The notes below the pieces were generated by a model. It was not told the origin of the DNA and did no database searches. It saw only the letters and a program-made list of their open reading frames with translations. From the IMG/VR virus record IMGVR_UViG_3300037400_001134, positions 11,059-75,058 of that record: a stretch of DNA of 64,000 bases; one strand, written 5' to 3'. The position numbers were made by a program, and so were the translations under genes. This document shows, in pieces, positions 1 through 8,172 of the stretch (within the stretch, counting starts at the first letter, position 1; every line of letters starts with the position of its first letter). Source of the DNA: a virus. Taxonomy: Duplodnaviria; Caudoviricetes.

Positions 1-289
1 TGATTATATCATAGAACATACTGCAACCGCATTAGAGGAAAGAAAAGAGCGGCTGATTAAGATGGATGCACCAGATATCCTTATAGATAATATAGTGGAT
101 GAGCTTATTCGCCTGTATCAAGGGGAGTTAATCTGTTTCGGTGATACCGAATTACTTGATGCAGAATTTAAAACCGTCATTCAGAAGAAAGGGCGAGGTG
201 GTATACTGTACTACACATTTAATGGAGATATCAACTATTTCCCAAAAGCTAAATATGGTAGATTTGTAGCGAAAGGAGAAGTAAGATGA
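1..289 (+). CDS. hypothetical protein, 5'-truncated by window edge
   Basis: Frame is open from position 2 through the ORF-track ATG at 62 to TGA 289, so the gene probably starts upstream of the window. Confidence 0.6.
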   Translation, partial: DYIIEHTATALEERKERLIKMDAPDILIDNIVDELIRLYQGELICFGDTELLDAEFKTVIQKKGRGGILYYTFNGDINYFPKAKYGRFVAKGEVR

Positions 290-498
290 AAACTTATTTG
301 GTAGCTATTAGAGATGTAAGAGGATTCACCATTATAGATAATGAGGGATATGAATTAGAGTTTGACCTTAAAGAAGGCAGCCGTGTAAAGATATATGAAC
401 ACGTAGAGACCTATAAAGACGAGATTACGGTTAAGTTGTTCAATAATGAAGATATCGGAATAGTCAGCGCACAGGACTTCAAAATCGTTCAGGAGTAA
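286..498 (+). CDS. hypothetical protein (70 aa)
   Basis: SD AAAGGAG; ATGA overlap with the upstream stop. Confidence 0.7.
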   Translation: MKTYLVAIRDVRGFTIIDNEGYELEFDLKEGSRVKIYEHVETYKDEITVKLFNNEDIGIVSAQDFKIVQE

Positions 499-512
499 AG
501 GAGAGAAGAGAT

Positions 513-1025
513 ATGATGAGGAAAGATGTAAGAAAAGTTAATGGCAAGTTTCAGTTATTATTAGGTAAAAAGAATGATGCTACATATTGGCTGCAGAGAG
601 CCCCATTCGACTGTGAATGGTATTGGGGTATAGGATATGTAGAGGGCTATAGAGGTAAAGGAAGTTCAGATAAGAACTGGAGAAGTCACCAACACTTTGA
701 TAGATTATTCTTTAATGGACCATCTGACTATAAAACCATGTTTGATAACTTCTTTGATGAGACCCCATTTACAGATAGAGAGGAGTGGCAGATATTAGAG
801 CTTATGAAATCAGCATACACCTGCCGTGAATATTCAGATATGTTATATACAGGTGGGTCACATATATCAAGCACAGTAAAGGTTGAGGCGATAAAGAATG
901 ATACAGAGTATGAGAGAATAAATAAACAGGTAATTCCATCAATACTCAATGAGCTATATAAAGTAATGTCGCCAGAAGATGTAAACATAGATATATTTCA
1001 TAAAGTAAATCCCGTAGTGAGGTGA
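513..1025 (+). CDS. hypothetical phage protein (170 aa)
   Basis: SD AAAGGAG; long ORF rich in aromatic residues; no function recognised. Confidence 0.8.
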   Translation: MMRKDVRKVNGKFQLLLGKKNDATYWLQRAPFDCEWYWGIGYVEGYRGKGSSDKNWRSHQHFDRLFFNGPSDYKTMFDNFFDETPFTDREEWQILELMKSAYTCREYSDMLYTGGSHISSTVKVEAIKNDTEYERINKQVIPSILNELYKVMSPEDVNIDIFHKVNPVVR

Positions 1026-1029
1026 GATT

Positions 1030-1185
1030 ATGATACACTGTGAGAACTGCCGCTATTATACCGAGAAATTCGACATAGATGATTGGACTGGTGAGTATTT
1101 TGATTTCTGTGAGTGCTCCGCATACTGTGAACCTATTGATGATACAAATAAAACAGATTGTCCTGAATATATAGCATTGGGATAA
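1030..1185 (+). CDS. small Cys-rich protein (51 aa), not in ORF track
   Basis: Manual translation MIHCENCRYY...FCECSAYCEP...DCPEYIALG; SD GAGGTG upstream; CxxC motifs. Confidence 0.6.
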   Translation: MIHCENCRYYTEKFDIDDWTGEYFDFCECSAYCEPIDDTNKTDCPEYIALG

Positions 1186-1283
1186 CAAATATGGCGACTT
1201 TCCAGCGTTTCCACTACATTTAATGATAAAAATATCAAGCGCACAAGTGGAAGCGCTGGAATCGTCTGTAAATGAGTTGATTA

Positions 1284-1325
1284 TTCCTGTTGAATCACAG
1301 TAGCGGATATATTACCTTATTAGTG
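1284..1325 (+). promoter_or_regulatory. early-class promoter P1 (TTCCTG-TTGAAT-17-TACCTT)
   Basis: -35 TTGAAT 1290-1295, 17 bp spacer, TACCTT 1313-1318; same architecture as three other copies. Confidence 0.65.
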
Positions 1326-1365
1326 TAGAGAACAACAACAGTTAGTTGAAAGGAGAAAACCTAAT

Positions 1366-1734
1366 ATGAAGAAGTTAACATATGAGAGTTCCGTAGCAGA
1401 GGTAAATAGAGTAGTAGCAGAGATTCGCCAGATTTGTGAGAGATACAACTTCTGGAACAGAGAAATACGCCCTTACTCTTGGAGAATGACAGTCCGTGAG
1501 CTAGTAGAGAGTGAAGGATGGAATAAATATAAGGCTTATACCTTATCATCAAAAGCCGTCATTCGCCAAGAGATAAACGGTTTTGTAGATATTCTTGAAC
1601 ACTGGGTAGCATATGAGAATGAACCTATGGTCAAGATTCACTATATAGCTGGTAGTAAAGTTGATATGATAGAGGAAGTACATGAAAGCCTTGCAGAGAT
1701 ATTCATTCAGGCACAGATGGCAGAGCTGGTGTAA
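1366..1734 (+). CDS. hypothetical early protein (122 aa)
   Basis: SD AAAGGAG after an A/C-rich leader. Confidence 0.8.
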   Translation: MKKLTYESSVAEVNRVVAEIRQICERYNFWNREIRPYSWRMTVRELVESEGWNKYKAYTLSSKAVIRQEINGFVDILEHWVAYENEPMVKIHYIAGSKVDMIEEVHESLAEIFIQAQMAELV

Positions 1735-1746
1735 ACCAGCTCTTTT
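1722..1746 (+). terminator. intrinsic terminator
   Basis: AGAGCTGGT-GTAA-ACCAGCTCT followed by TTT. Confidence 0.75.
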
Positions 1747-1749
1747 ACA

Positions 1750-1797
1750 TTCCTGTTGATAAGGTACTGCCTGTGCAGTACCTTATTATTGTAAACA
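1750..1797 (+). promoter_or_regulatory. early-class promoter P2 with 12-bp inverted repeat
   Basis: TTGATA 1756-1761, 17 bp, TACCTT 1779-1784; ATAAGGTACTGC-CTGT-GCAGTACCTTAT perfect palindrome. Confidence 0.7.
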
Positions 1798-1828
1798 GAA
1801 ACACACATATGAAAGAGAGGACCCACAA

Positions 1829-2068
1829 ATGTTAATGATGTTAGAAGAAGTATTCCCGAGGCAGAATAGAATGAATGAGTATCCCATGGGGGAAGAGCAA
1901 GAGTTCCAGAGCATGAAAGAGTTTATAGACTGGAACATAGAGCAGATTGATGAAATCCTGAAAGATGCTCCAGAGGAGCAGATAACGAAAGACAAGCTGA
2001 CCAGCGGTGAATATACAGTCTATGAAAAAGATGGAATAATCTATGTAAGAGTGGAGGTAGAAGCATGA
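1829..2068 (+). CDS. hypothetical acidic early protein (79 aa)
   Basis: SD GAGAGGA; downstream of P2. Confidence 0.7.
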   Translation: MLMMLEEVFPRQNRMNEYPMGEEQEFQSMKEFIDWNIEQIDEILKDAPEEQITKDKLTSGEYTVYEKDGIIYVRVEVEA

Positions 2069-2250
2069 AAGTTGCAGAATTACTTGGAGCCATAGGAGAA
2101 AATCAAGATTACTATATTGTGACCGCTGATAGAAGGCCTGAAGTAATAGATGTGAAAACGGCGGTAGAACATGATGCGAATGTTTTAGGAATTGTAGCAG
2201 TAAGAGAAAACCTTATAAGGATAGAAACTAATTTCAAGTGGTATTTATGA
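2065..2250 (+). CDS. hypothetical protein (61 aa)
   Basis: SD GGAGG; ATGA overlap. Confidence 0.65.
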   Translation: MKVAELLGAIGENQDYYIVTADRRPEVIDVKTAVEHDANVLGIVAVRENLIRIETNFKWYL

Positions 2251-2264
2251 GAGGAGAATAGCAA

Positions 2265-2474
2265 ATGATAGTAGTAAAGCCAGTAAGAGGAAATCATGTT
2301 ATAGAGGTCACCGATTTTGGTAAATCAATGTATGGGGGTTGGTACTTAAACTTCTATGACCCTACATACGATAAGTATGACGGCATAAGAAGAGATACAC
2401 TCCGTGAATTATGTGCGTGGTTAGGTGTAAGTAGGACAGCCTTAACTAGAGATGTAAGGAGATTAGATAACTAA
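2265..2474 (+). CDS. hypothetical protein (69 aa)
   Basis: SD GAGGAG. Confidence 0.7.
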   Translation: MIVVKPVRGNHVIEVTDFGKSMYGGWYLNFYDPTYDKYDGIRRDTLRELCAWLGVSRTALTRDVRRLDN

Positions 2475-2476
2475 TA

Positions 2477-2524
2477 TTCCAGTTGAAAGGGTACTGCATG
2501 AGCAGTACCCTATAATTGTAGACA
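2477..2524 (+). promoter_or_regulatory. early-class promoter P3 with 10-bp inverted repeat
   Basis: TTGAAA 2483-2488, 17 bp, TACCCT 2506-2511; AGGGTACTGC-ATGA-GCAGTACCCT. Confidence 0.7.
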
Positions 2525-2557
2525 ACAACACACACATATGCGAAAGGAGATACCGAT

Positions 2558-2818
2558 ATGCAGAGAAGAAAATCATTATCCGAGAAGGATATCAGAACAG
2601 TTTTAGCCATCATTGAGAGCTAACGTGAACAGAACCATTATAACTATGAGGAGATGAACAGAAATATGGGCAGCCTTACAATCGAAGAGATGATGGCGCT
2701 AAATAAAAAGCTAGAAGATTGGTACCATAAAGATGATGTAGTAGATGAACTTGAGGATGTAGATATGGATGAATATAGGGAATCCTATAATGATTACATC
2801 CATTCATATATCTATTGA
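2558..2818 (+). pseudogene. 86-codon early gene interrupted by an in-frame TAA (2621-2623)
   Basis: Strong SD GAAAGGAG; MQRRKSLSEKDIRTVLAIIES*REQNHY...YIHSYIY continues in the same frame after the stop. Confidence 0.6.
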
Positions 2819-2835
2819 TAGAAAGGAGAACCGAT

Positions 2836-3135
2836 ATGAAACTTTACAGAGACAAGGAAACAGGAAAGAAGTTATATCCAGTTTGTTCATGGGAAAAGAA
2901 TCAGCACAAGTTATACAATGCCATAGATAGGGCACATAATGCAGTATCGGACCTTCTTGAAGATAAGAATGCCTCATATGAGGATATAGACAAAGCAGAA
3001 GAGTGGGTGACAGAGATAGAAAGGCTAACGAGTATATTCGATAGCCATGTAGCCCCAAATGGTATAGTCTATGCGTTATGGGAAGATGCACAGAAAATAA
3101 AAGATGTAATATGGGCATACAATGCCAGACATTGA
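2836..3135 (+). CDS. hypothetical protein (start revised from 2815 to 2836)
   Basis: SD GAAAGGAGAACCGATATG, nearly identical to the initiation region at 2543-2560. Confidence 0.75.
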   Translation: MKLYRDKETGKKLYPVCSWEKNQHKLYNAIDRAHNAVSDLLEDKNASYEDIDKAEEWVTEIERLTSIFDSHVAPNGIVYALWEDAQKIKDVIWAYNARH

Positions 3136-3151
3136 GAAAGGAGAACCAATA

Positions 3152-3373
3152 ATGACAAAAGCATACGCAATAGGGGATTACAGTTACAAAATGGTAAGTG
3201 AGGCCATAGAGATGGTCAATCAGAACTGCGACAATGAGGGCGAAAAGAGGATACCCATGAAGTTCTACCATCTATATAATGCAGATGATAATGGGTGGTA
3301 TGTAGAGTGTCTGCATGAAGAGGATGAACCAAGATTAGAGAGACACCTTAACTATATATTTGGTATAGAGTGA
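3152..3373 (+). CDS. hypothetical protein (start revised from 3122 to 3152)
   Basis: SD AAAGGAG 8 nt before ATG 3152. Confidence 0.7.
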   Translation: MTKAYAIGDYSYKMVSEAIEMVNQNCDNEGEKRIPMKFYHLYNADDNGWYVECLHEEDEPRLERHLNYIFGIE

Positions 3374-3482
3374 CTGGAAAATAAGGCGGGCGAAAAGACA
3401 ACCTAATCCATTTAAAAATCAATATATAGAACTAGGCAAATATAAACCATCACCATAATATAGAAATCAATCTAAATCATAG

Positions 3483-3509
3483 AGGCCATGTAGCAATACA
3501 TGACCTTTT
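3483..3509 (+). terminator. probable intrinsic terminator
   Basis: AGGCCATGTA-GCAA-TACATGACCT (one mismatch) then TTT. Confidence 0.55.
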
Positions 3510-4045
3510 AGTGTATACCATATGTCAATCTGTAGAAATCAAAAAGAGGGCGGTATAAGAGTCCTGTCCATCTATACCAATTATTATAACCAAATACACT
3601 ACCATATATAATATCTAAAGAAACCATCTAAATACCATTGTTTAGCCATTTATGCCATGCCTTTATTTGGCTCGTATCTAGTGCCATTCAGTAGCCATCT
3701 AGCCATTTCGCTATTTCCATTCTTAGACCATATGCCCTACAACCCTAATCATATAGACTATCACTAGCCTATCACCCTGGTGCCGTCCGACAAGATTTGC
3801 AAGCTATTTTTCAATTTTTTAGTAAAAGGTTGCATTTTTTGTCATGCCTTTATAGGCCATTAGGGGCTATCCCAAACTCCCTCATTCCCTTTATGCATTT
3901 TGCACAAATGGCACCAGGCCATTAGCTTTGCAGTCCTCTTAGAGGTTTTAGCGGGCGTCCTTATGAGGGAAAAGTGCCGAAAAAAAGGGGGTTGGTATCC
4001 GACTGGAAAAAGCCCGCCAAAATTTGTTCGTCAAATTGCACAATA

Positions 4046-4085
4046 AACCTGTTGAATGGTTATAGGGGCTAGAGTACCATAAAAT
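4046..4085 (+). promoter_or_regulatory. early-class promoter P4
   Basis: CCTG-TTGAAT 4052-4057, 17 bp, TACCAT 4075-4080; ATGGT...ACCAT partial dyad. Confidence 0.65.
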
Positions 4086-4121
4086 AAAAAACAGCACACA
4101 CATGAAAGAGAGGAAACCAAA

Positions 4122-4343
4122 ATGACAAAAGCACAGAGATGGGACCATTTAGTAAAGAGATTTGAGAGCTTCACCGAATTACAGAGAAGGGACCTAGATG
4201 TAGAGAAGTGGGATGATGCTATAAACAAGATGTACGGATGGATAATCGCCGCATCAGAGTTCAATCCTGATTTAGAAGATGATATATCAACCCTTTGGAC
4301 AGAGACTTATAATAGGGAGTTTAAGCAGAGGTATATGAAGTAA
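4122..4343 (+). CDS. hypothetical early protein (73 aa)
   Basis: SD GAGAGGA; own promoter and terminator. Confidence 0.8.
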   Translation: MTKAQRWDHLVKRFESFTELQRRDLDVEKWDDAINKMYGWIIAASEFNPDLEDDISTLWTETYNREFKQRYMK

Positions 4344-4374
4344 TATCCATCTACCCCATTTATATAGAAGAAAC

Positions 4375-4402
4375 AGGGTTGCCATTAGTGGCAGCCCTTT
4401 TT
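4375..4402 (+). terminator. intrinsic terminator
   Basis: AGGGTTGCCA-TTAG-TGGCAGCCCT-TTTT. Confidence 0.8.
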
Positions 4403-4588
4403 ATTGCATATTTTGACCTATGGCCATTAGAGGCCTATGGCCATTATCCATTTCGCCCATTGCCCCATTGGCCCATTCCTCTACAGGCCCTTTGCTGACG
4501 TAGGCCATTGCAGTCCCCTGGCCCCACACACAGGTGGTGTGGTGGTATGTGAGCTTCGCTCACAGAGGATCTGCTTGCACACAATGTA

Positions 4589-4615
4589 ATTGTAAACAAT
4601 AACATTGTTTACAAT
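4589..4615. promoter_or_regulatory. palindromic operator-like site
   Basis: ATTGTAAACAAT-AAC-ATTGTTTACAAT perfect 12-bp arms; half-site TTGTAAACAAT recurs at 4701-4711. Confidence 0.6.
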
Positions 4616-4700
4616 GAATATACATAAAAATGATAGATTTATGTAAAAAGTGTATATCTACTATATAATGCAAAAAATTGAAAACTTTTTAAATTTGTTG

Positions 4701-4729
4701 TTGTAAACAATATCAAGTTATGATAATAT
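4701..4729 (+). promoter_or_regulatory. sigma-A-like promoter of the CC/GG-free gene
   Basis: TTGTAA-17-TAATAT, overlapping the operator half-site; alternative TTGTTG-18-TATGAT. Confidence 0.5.
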
Positions 4730-4857
4730 GATATTGAGCTTCAATGAAGCGTGAGCTTTGAAGCGTGTTCTACATATTGCACTTTGACAAACATAGACAC
4801 TTACGTGTCTATCATATGGAAACGTAAATATCACAATATGAAACGGAGACAAGTATC

Positions 4858-5439
4858 ATGGAAAAAACAACTATTTTTAGCAACTATTCACTCAAGCAAG
4901 CAACATTCGATAACACAAACAAGCGTGTTGCAATGACAGACAAAGAGCTTGCAACGCTCAAAGCACTTTGCAAGACAAAAACGTTTGGTCTTGTATCGCT
5001 AATTGATGATATCGACAATATTGCAACGTTCAATGGTGACTACGATTGTAAACTAGCTCAAAGCGGAAACGCAAAAGAGCACACATTAGTTTCGATATGG
5101 AGTCGTAACGCTGTAAAGCACGTTACAAAAAAGAGCGATTATCGTGATTTTGGGGTTCGTTTTCACGTAGACAAGCTAGCAAAGCTTTATAGCAATAAAG
5201 ACTTTGCAAAGCTGATAAAAGATAGCAGCGTGCAAGTATACTCACATAAAGATGGATTAGAAATCAGATTTACGTTTAACACGTTGTCAGATGCTATCAA
5301 GTTTATAGCTGATATCGACAACGCAACAAAAGAGACTAGCAAAGCAAAAGAGCAAAAGAGCAAAGCAAAAGAGACTAAAGCAAAGCAAAGCAAAACAAAG
5401 TCTAAAGAGACTACAACAGAAAAGAGCATCACAGCATGA
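4858..5439 (+). CDS. proline-free, Lys/Thr-rich protein with basic C-terminal tail (193 aa)
   Basis: SD GGAG; no Pro in 193 aa; tail KETSKAKEQKSKAKETKAKQSKTKSKE; lies inside the CC/GG-depleted island. Confidence 0.85.
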   Translation: MEKTTIFSNYSLKQATFDNTNKRVAMTDKELATLKALCKTKTFGLVSLIDDIDNIATFNGDYDCKLAQSGNAKEHTLVSIWSRNAVKHVTKKSDYRDFGVRFHVDKLAKLYSNKDFAKLIKDSSVQVYSHKDGLEIRFTFNTLSDAIKFIADIDNATKETSKAKEQKSKAKETKAKQSKTKSKETTTEKSITA

Positions 5440-5503
5440 TAATAACTTTTCTAGTCATCACTTTTCTAATCTTTTTTGCAATTGCTAGATTGACTCGATA
5501 AAG

Positions 5504-5539
5504 AAAAAGAGCTACTCAAAAAAGAGTAGCTCTTTTTTT
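5504..5539. terminator. bidirectional intrinsic terminator
   Basis: AAAAAGAGCTACTC-AAAAAA-GAGTAGCTCTTTTTTT. Confidence 0.85.
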
Positions 5540-5876
5540 GTGCTTGTAAAACGTGTTCACTATAATGCTATTTTATGCGATTTTTCGATTTAAGACGTTT
5601 TTGCGTTGCACCTGATAAAATGTTCGATAGTGATATTTACGTTGCTAAAATCGCTAAATTTTACGATTTAAGACTATTGACAAAAATGCATTTATATGTT
5701 ACACCACCCCCTACCCGTACATACGTTCGATTGCTACGCAAGCTCTGATGTGAGCTTGGACACACAGGTTAGGGGTTTTCATAAGACCGTCACAAGTCAT
5801 TGAGGAACTTACCATACGTGCAGGTCGTGGATTTTCTACCAGGACAGATTTTCTAAATACCGTGGGCGCTCAAAGT

Positions 5877-5905
5877 TGTAAAAATGACCGACTTTATGTT
5901 ATAGT
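5877..5905 (+). promoter_or_regulatory. promoter for the packaging operon
   Basis: TTGTAA, ~18 bp, TG-T-TATAGT extended -10; the ATGTTATAG motif recurs at several promoters. Confidence 0.5.
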
Positions 5906-5933
5906 ATGTTTACAGAAAGCGAGGAAGGATTTT

Positions 5934-6305
5934 ATGTCGCCGACACCTATTACAAAAGCTAGAACAATAGCAAATGCACTGAATCAGATATATGGAACTC
6001 ATATAGTGATAAATACGTCACAGTTCTTTGGAGGCGAAGGTAAACTTGTCAGGATGTATGTTATTAAAGATGCGTACTATTATGGGGGTAAGAGTGCGTA
6101 TTCTGACAAGGAGCTGTTTAAAACGGCTTCGGGGATATATGCACTGATGTTTATGGTGGATATGCTTGATGCCTTCAAAGGAAAAGAGGTTACTGACAGA
6201 GGTAATGAAGGTTATCAGAATGTTTTAGCTAGGAAGAATGGGTTGGCTAACATAGATTACATGGTTAAAACTTATTTAGTAGGAGGACAGGAAGATGACG
6301 ATTAA
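5934..6305 (+). CDS. hypothetical protein upstream of terS (start revised from 5862 to 5934)
   Basis: SD GAGGAAGGA before ATG 5934; overlaps the terS start. Confidence 0.75.
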   Translation: MSPTPITKARTIANALNQIYGTHIVINTSQFFGGEGKLVRMYVIKDAYYYGGKSAYSDKELFKTASGIYALMFMVDMLDAFKGKEVTDRGNEGYQNVLARKNGLANIDYMVKTYLVGGQEDDD

Positions 6306-6792
6306 CTCACAGATACCAGATGATGCTTCACCGAGAACGCTGGATAAATTGCTTACAGGAACTTGCATTACACATGATGGCTCAAGAATCTCACCTAAAC
6401 AGGATAAATTCATCAACTTGTACATCAAGTATTCTGACCCGGCGCAGGCTGCAGAAGAAGCAGGGTACATGGTACGCAATACTCGTAAAGACAAGAGGGC
6501 GGCCTATGCTCGTAAGGGCAAAGAGTTGCTTAGGGATGACACTATTAGAAATGAAATTGCCGCAAGGATGGATGACATTAGGGGAGCTGAAATTGCGGAT
6601 GCTAAAGAGGTGCTCATCTATCTCACAAGAGTTATGAGAGGAGAAATTAAAGACCAGTTTGATTTAGATGCTCCGTTACAGGAAAGAACTGCGGCGGCTA
6701 AGGAGTTGAATCGCAGACTCAGAGAATTAGAGCAGGATAAAGAAATGGGTGGAACTGGTAAAGAAGTTCATCTCATACTAAGGAGAGAGTGA
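6295..6792 (+). CDS. terS: terminase small subunit
   Basis: KQDKFINLY...AQAAEEAGY HTH and IADAKEVLIYLTRVMRGE...RTAAAKEL motifs typical of SPP1-like TerS; directly upstream of TerL. Confidence 0.9.
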   Translation: MTINSQIPDDASPRTLDKLLTGTCITHDGSRISPKQDKFINLYIKYSDPAQAAEEAGYMVRNTRKDKRAAYARKGKELLRDDTIRNEIAARMDDIRGAEIADAKEVLIYLTRVMRGEIKDQFDLDAPLQERTAAAKELNRRLRELEQDKEMGGTGKEVHLILRRE

Positions 6793-6795
6793 TTT

Positions 6796-8103
6796 ATGAG
6801 CAGACCTAAAAAAGCGAAGGAGCATAACGGCGAGATTATCTTGGATGTTAATGAAGCCGTTGCTCCTTGTTATTTTAAAGCTATGGATGACATTTTAGAC
6901 CATGGGCATGTGCATTATGTATTTAAGGGCGGTAGAGGTAGTGCTAAATCTTCTTTTATCAGTGAGATGCTACCACTAATACTTATCAATAACCCTAAAG
7001 TGCACGCAGTAGTGTTTAGAAAAGTAGGTAATACTATTAAGAACTCTGTGTGGTCACAGGTAGTTTGGGGAATAGATAAATGGGGATTAAGAGAGTATTT
7101 TCAGATACCGAAGACTATAGCTAATCCTATTGTTTATAAACCCACAGGTCAGCAGATTCTTTTTATGGGATTAGATGACCCTAATAAAGTCAAGTCTGTA
7201 AAGCTACCTTTTGGATATATCGGAGTTACTTGGTTCGAGGAGCTTGACCAGTTTGCAGGCGAAAAAGAGATACGAAAAGTATTACAGTCAACAATGCGTG
7301 GTGGCTTAAACTTCTGGGACTTCCGTTCATTCAACCCACCTATATCTAATCTTAACTGGGCTAATCAATATGCTACGGATGCTCTTTCAAGAGAGAATAC
7401 CCTAGTAACATCAACTAACTATATAGACATTCCATCAGAGTGGTTAGGACAAGCATTTATAGATGAAGCTGAGGACCTTAAAGAGACTAATCCAAGAGCT
7501 TATGAGCATGAGTATTTAGGTATACCTGTAGGTACTGGTGGTAATGTCTTTGAAAATGTAGAGCCTATGTACATGAATGATGACTTTATACTTGGCTTTG
7601 AGAGATGGTTAAGAGGAGTCGATTGGGGATGGTTCCCAGACCCGTTCTCATTTACATTGAGCCACTTTGAGCCTTCTACTAGAAATCTCTATATATTTGG
7701 AGAGTTCAGATGCAATAAAATGTCCAATAAGGCTACGTTTGATAAGGTATTCAATGAATTAAGAATAGCTAATCGACCTTTTGCTTCGCCTGATGATATC
7801 ATCATATGTGATAGTGCAGAGCCTAAGTCTATCTCTGACTGGAAGAGTTATGGCGCATACGGCGCTAGACCTGCAAAGAAAGAGCCTGATAGTGTCAACT
7901 ACTCAATGAAGTGGTTACAGTCCTTAAAGCACATCTATATAGACCCTAAGAGATGTCCTGAGACTTATAAAGAATTTATCGAGTATGAATATGACAGAGA
8001 TAAGGATGACGAGGTTATCAGTGGATATCCTGATGCAAATAACCACTCTATAGACTCAATTCGTTATGCCACATCAAAGTATTGGGTAAGAAGAGGTCAG
8101 TAA
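6796..8103 (+). CDS. terL: terminase large subunit, PBSX/SPP1 family
   Basis: Walker A KGGRGSAKS, Walker B WFEE, SFNPP motif, nuclease GVDWG and NHSIDSIRY. Confidence 0.95.
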   Translation: MSRPKKAKEHNGEIILDVNEAVAPCYFKAMDDILDHGHVHYVFKGGRGSAKSSFISEMLPLILINNPKVHAVVFRKVGNTIKNSVWSQVVWGIDKWGLREYFQIPKTIANPIVYKPTGQQILFMGLDDPNKVKSVKLPFGYIGVTWFEELDQFAGEKEIRKVLQSTMRGGLNFWDFRSFNPPISNLNWANQYATDALSRENTLVTSTNYIDIPSEWLGQAFIDEAEDLKETNPRAYEHEYLGIPVGTGGNVFENVEPMYMNDDFILGFERWLRGVDWGWFPDPFSFTLSHFEPSTRNLYIFGEFRCNKMSNKATFDKVFNELRIANRPFASPDDIIICDSAEPKSISDWKSYGAYGARPAKKEPDSVNYSMKWLQSLKHIYIDPKRCPETYKEFIEYEYDRDKDDEVISGYPDANNHSIDSIRYATSKYWVRRGQ

Positions 8104-8172
8104 TTTATTGAAGGCATGAAGGCTTAATGATATACTACATATATAAAGGTATTATTCATAAGGAGAGTAAAA

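Larger units (their letters stand above)
3400..4530. repeat. CCAT(T)/GGCC-saturated, largely non-coding block
   Basis: Many CCAT motifs at 3400-3740; 7 CCATT at about 4424-4510; direct repeat CCTATGGCCATTA at 4417 and 4434; about 10 GGCC. Confidence 0.75.

Noticed and set aside
1756-1789. MerR-type long-spacer (22 bp) promoter reading of the early motif
   Set aside because: All four copies also have TACCNT at exactly 17 bp, which fits TAnnnT and is more parsimonious; the 22-bp hexamer is kept only as a secondary possibility.
2621-2623. Stop-codon reassignment
   Set aside because: TAA, TAG and TGA all terminate well-recognised genes throughout the window; a single internal stop is better explained by mutation or error.
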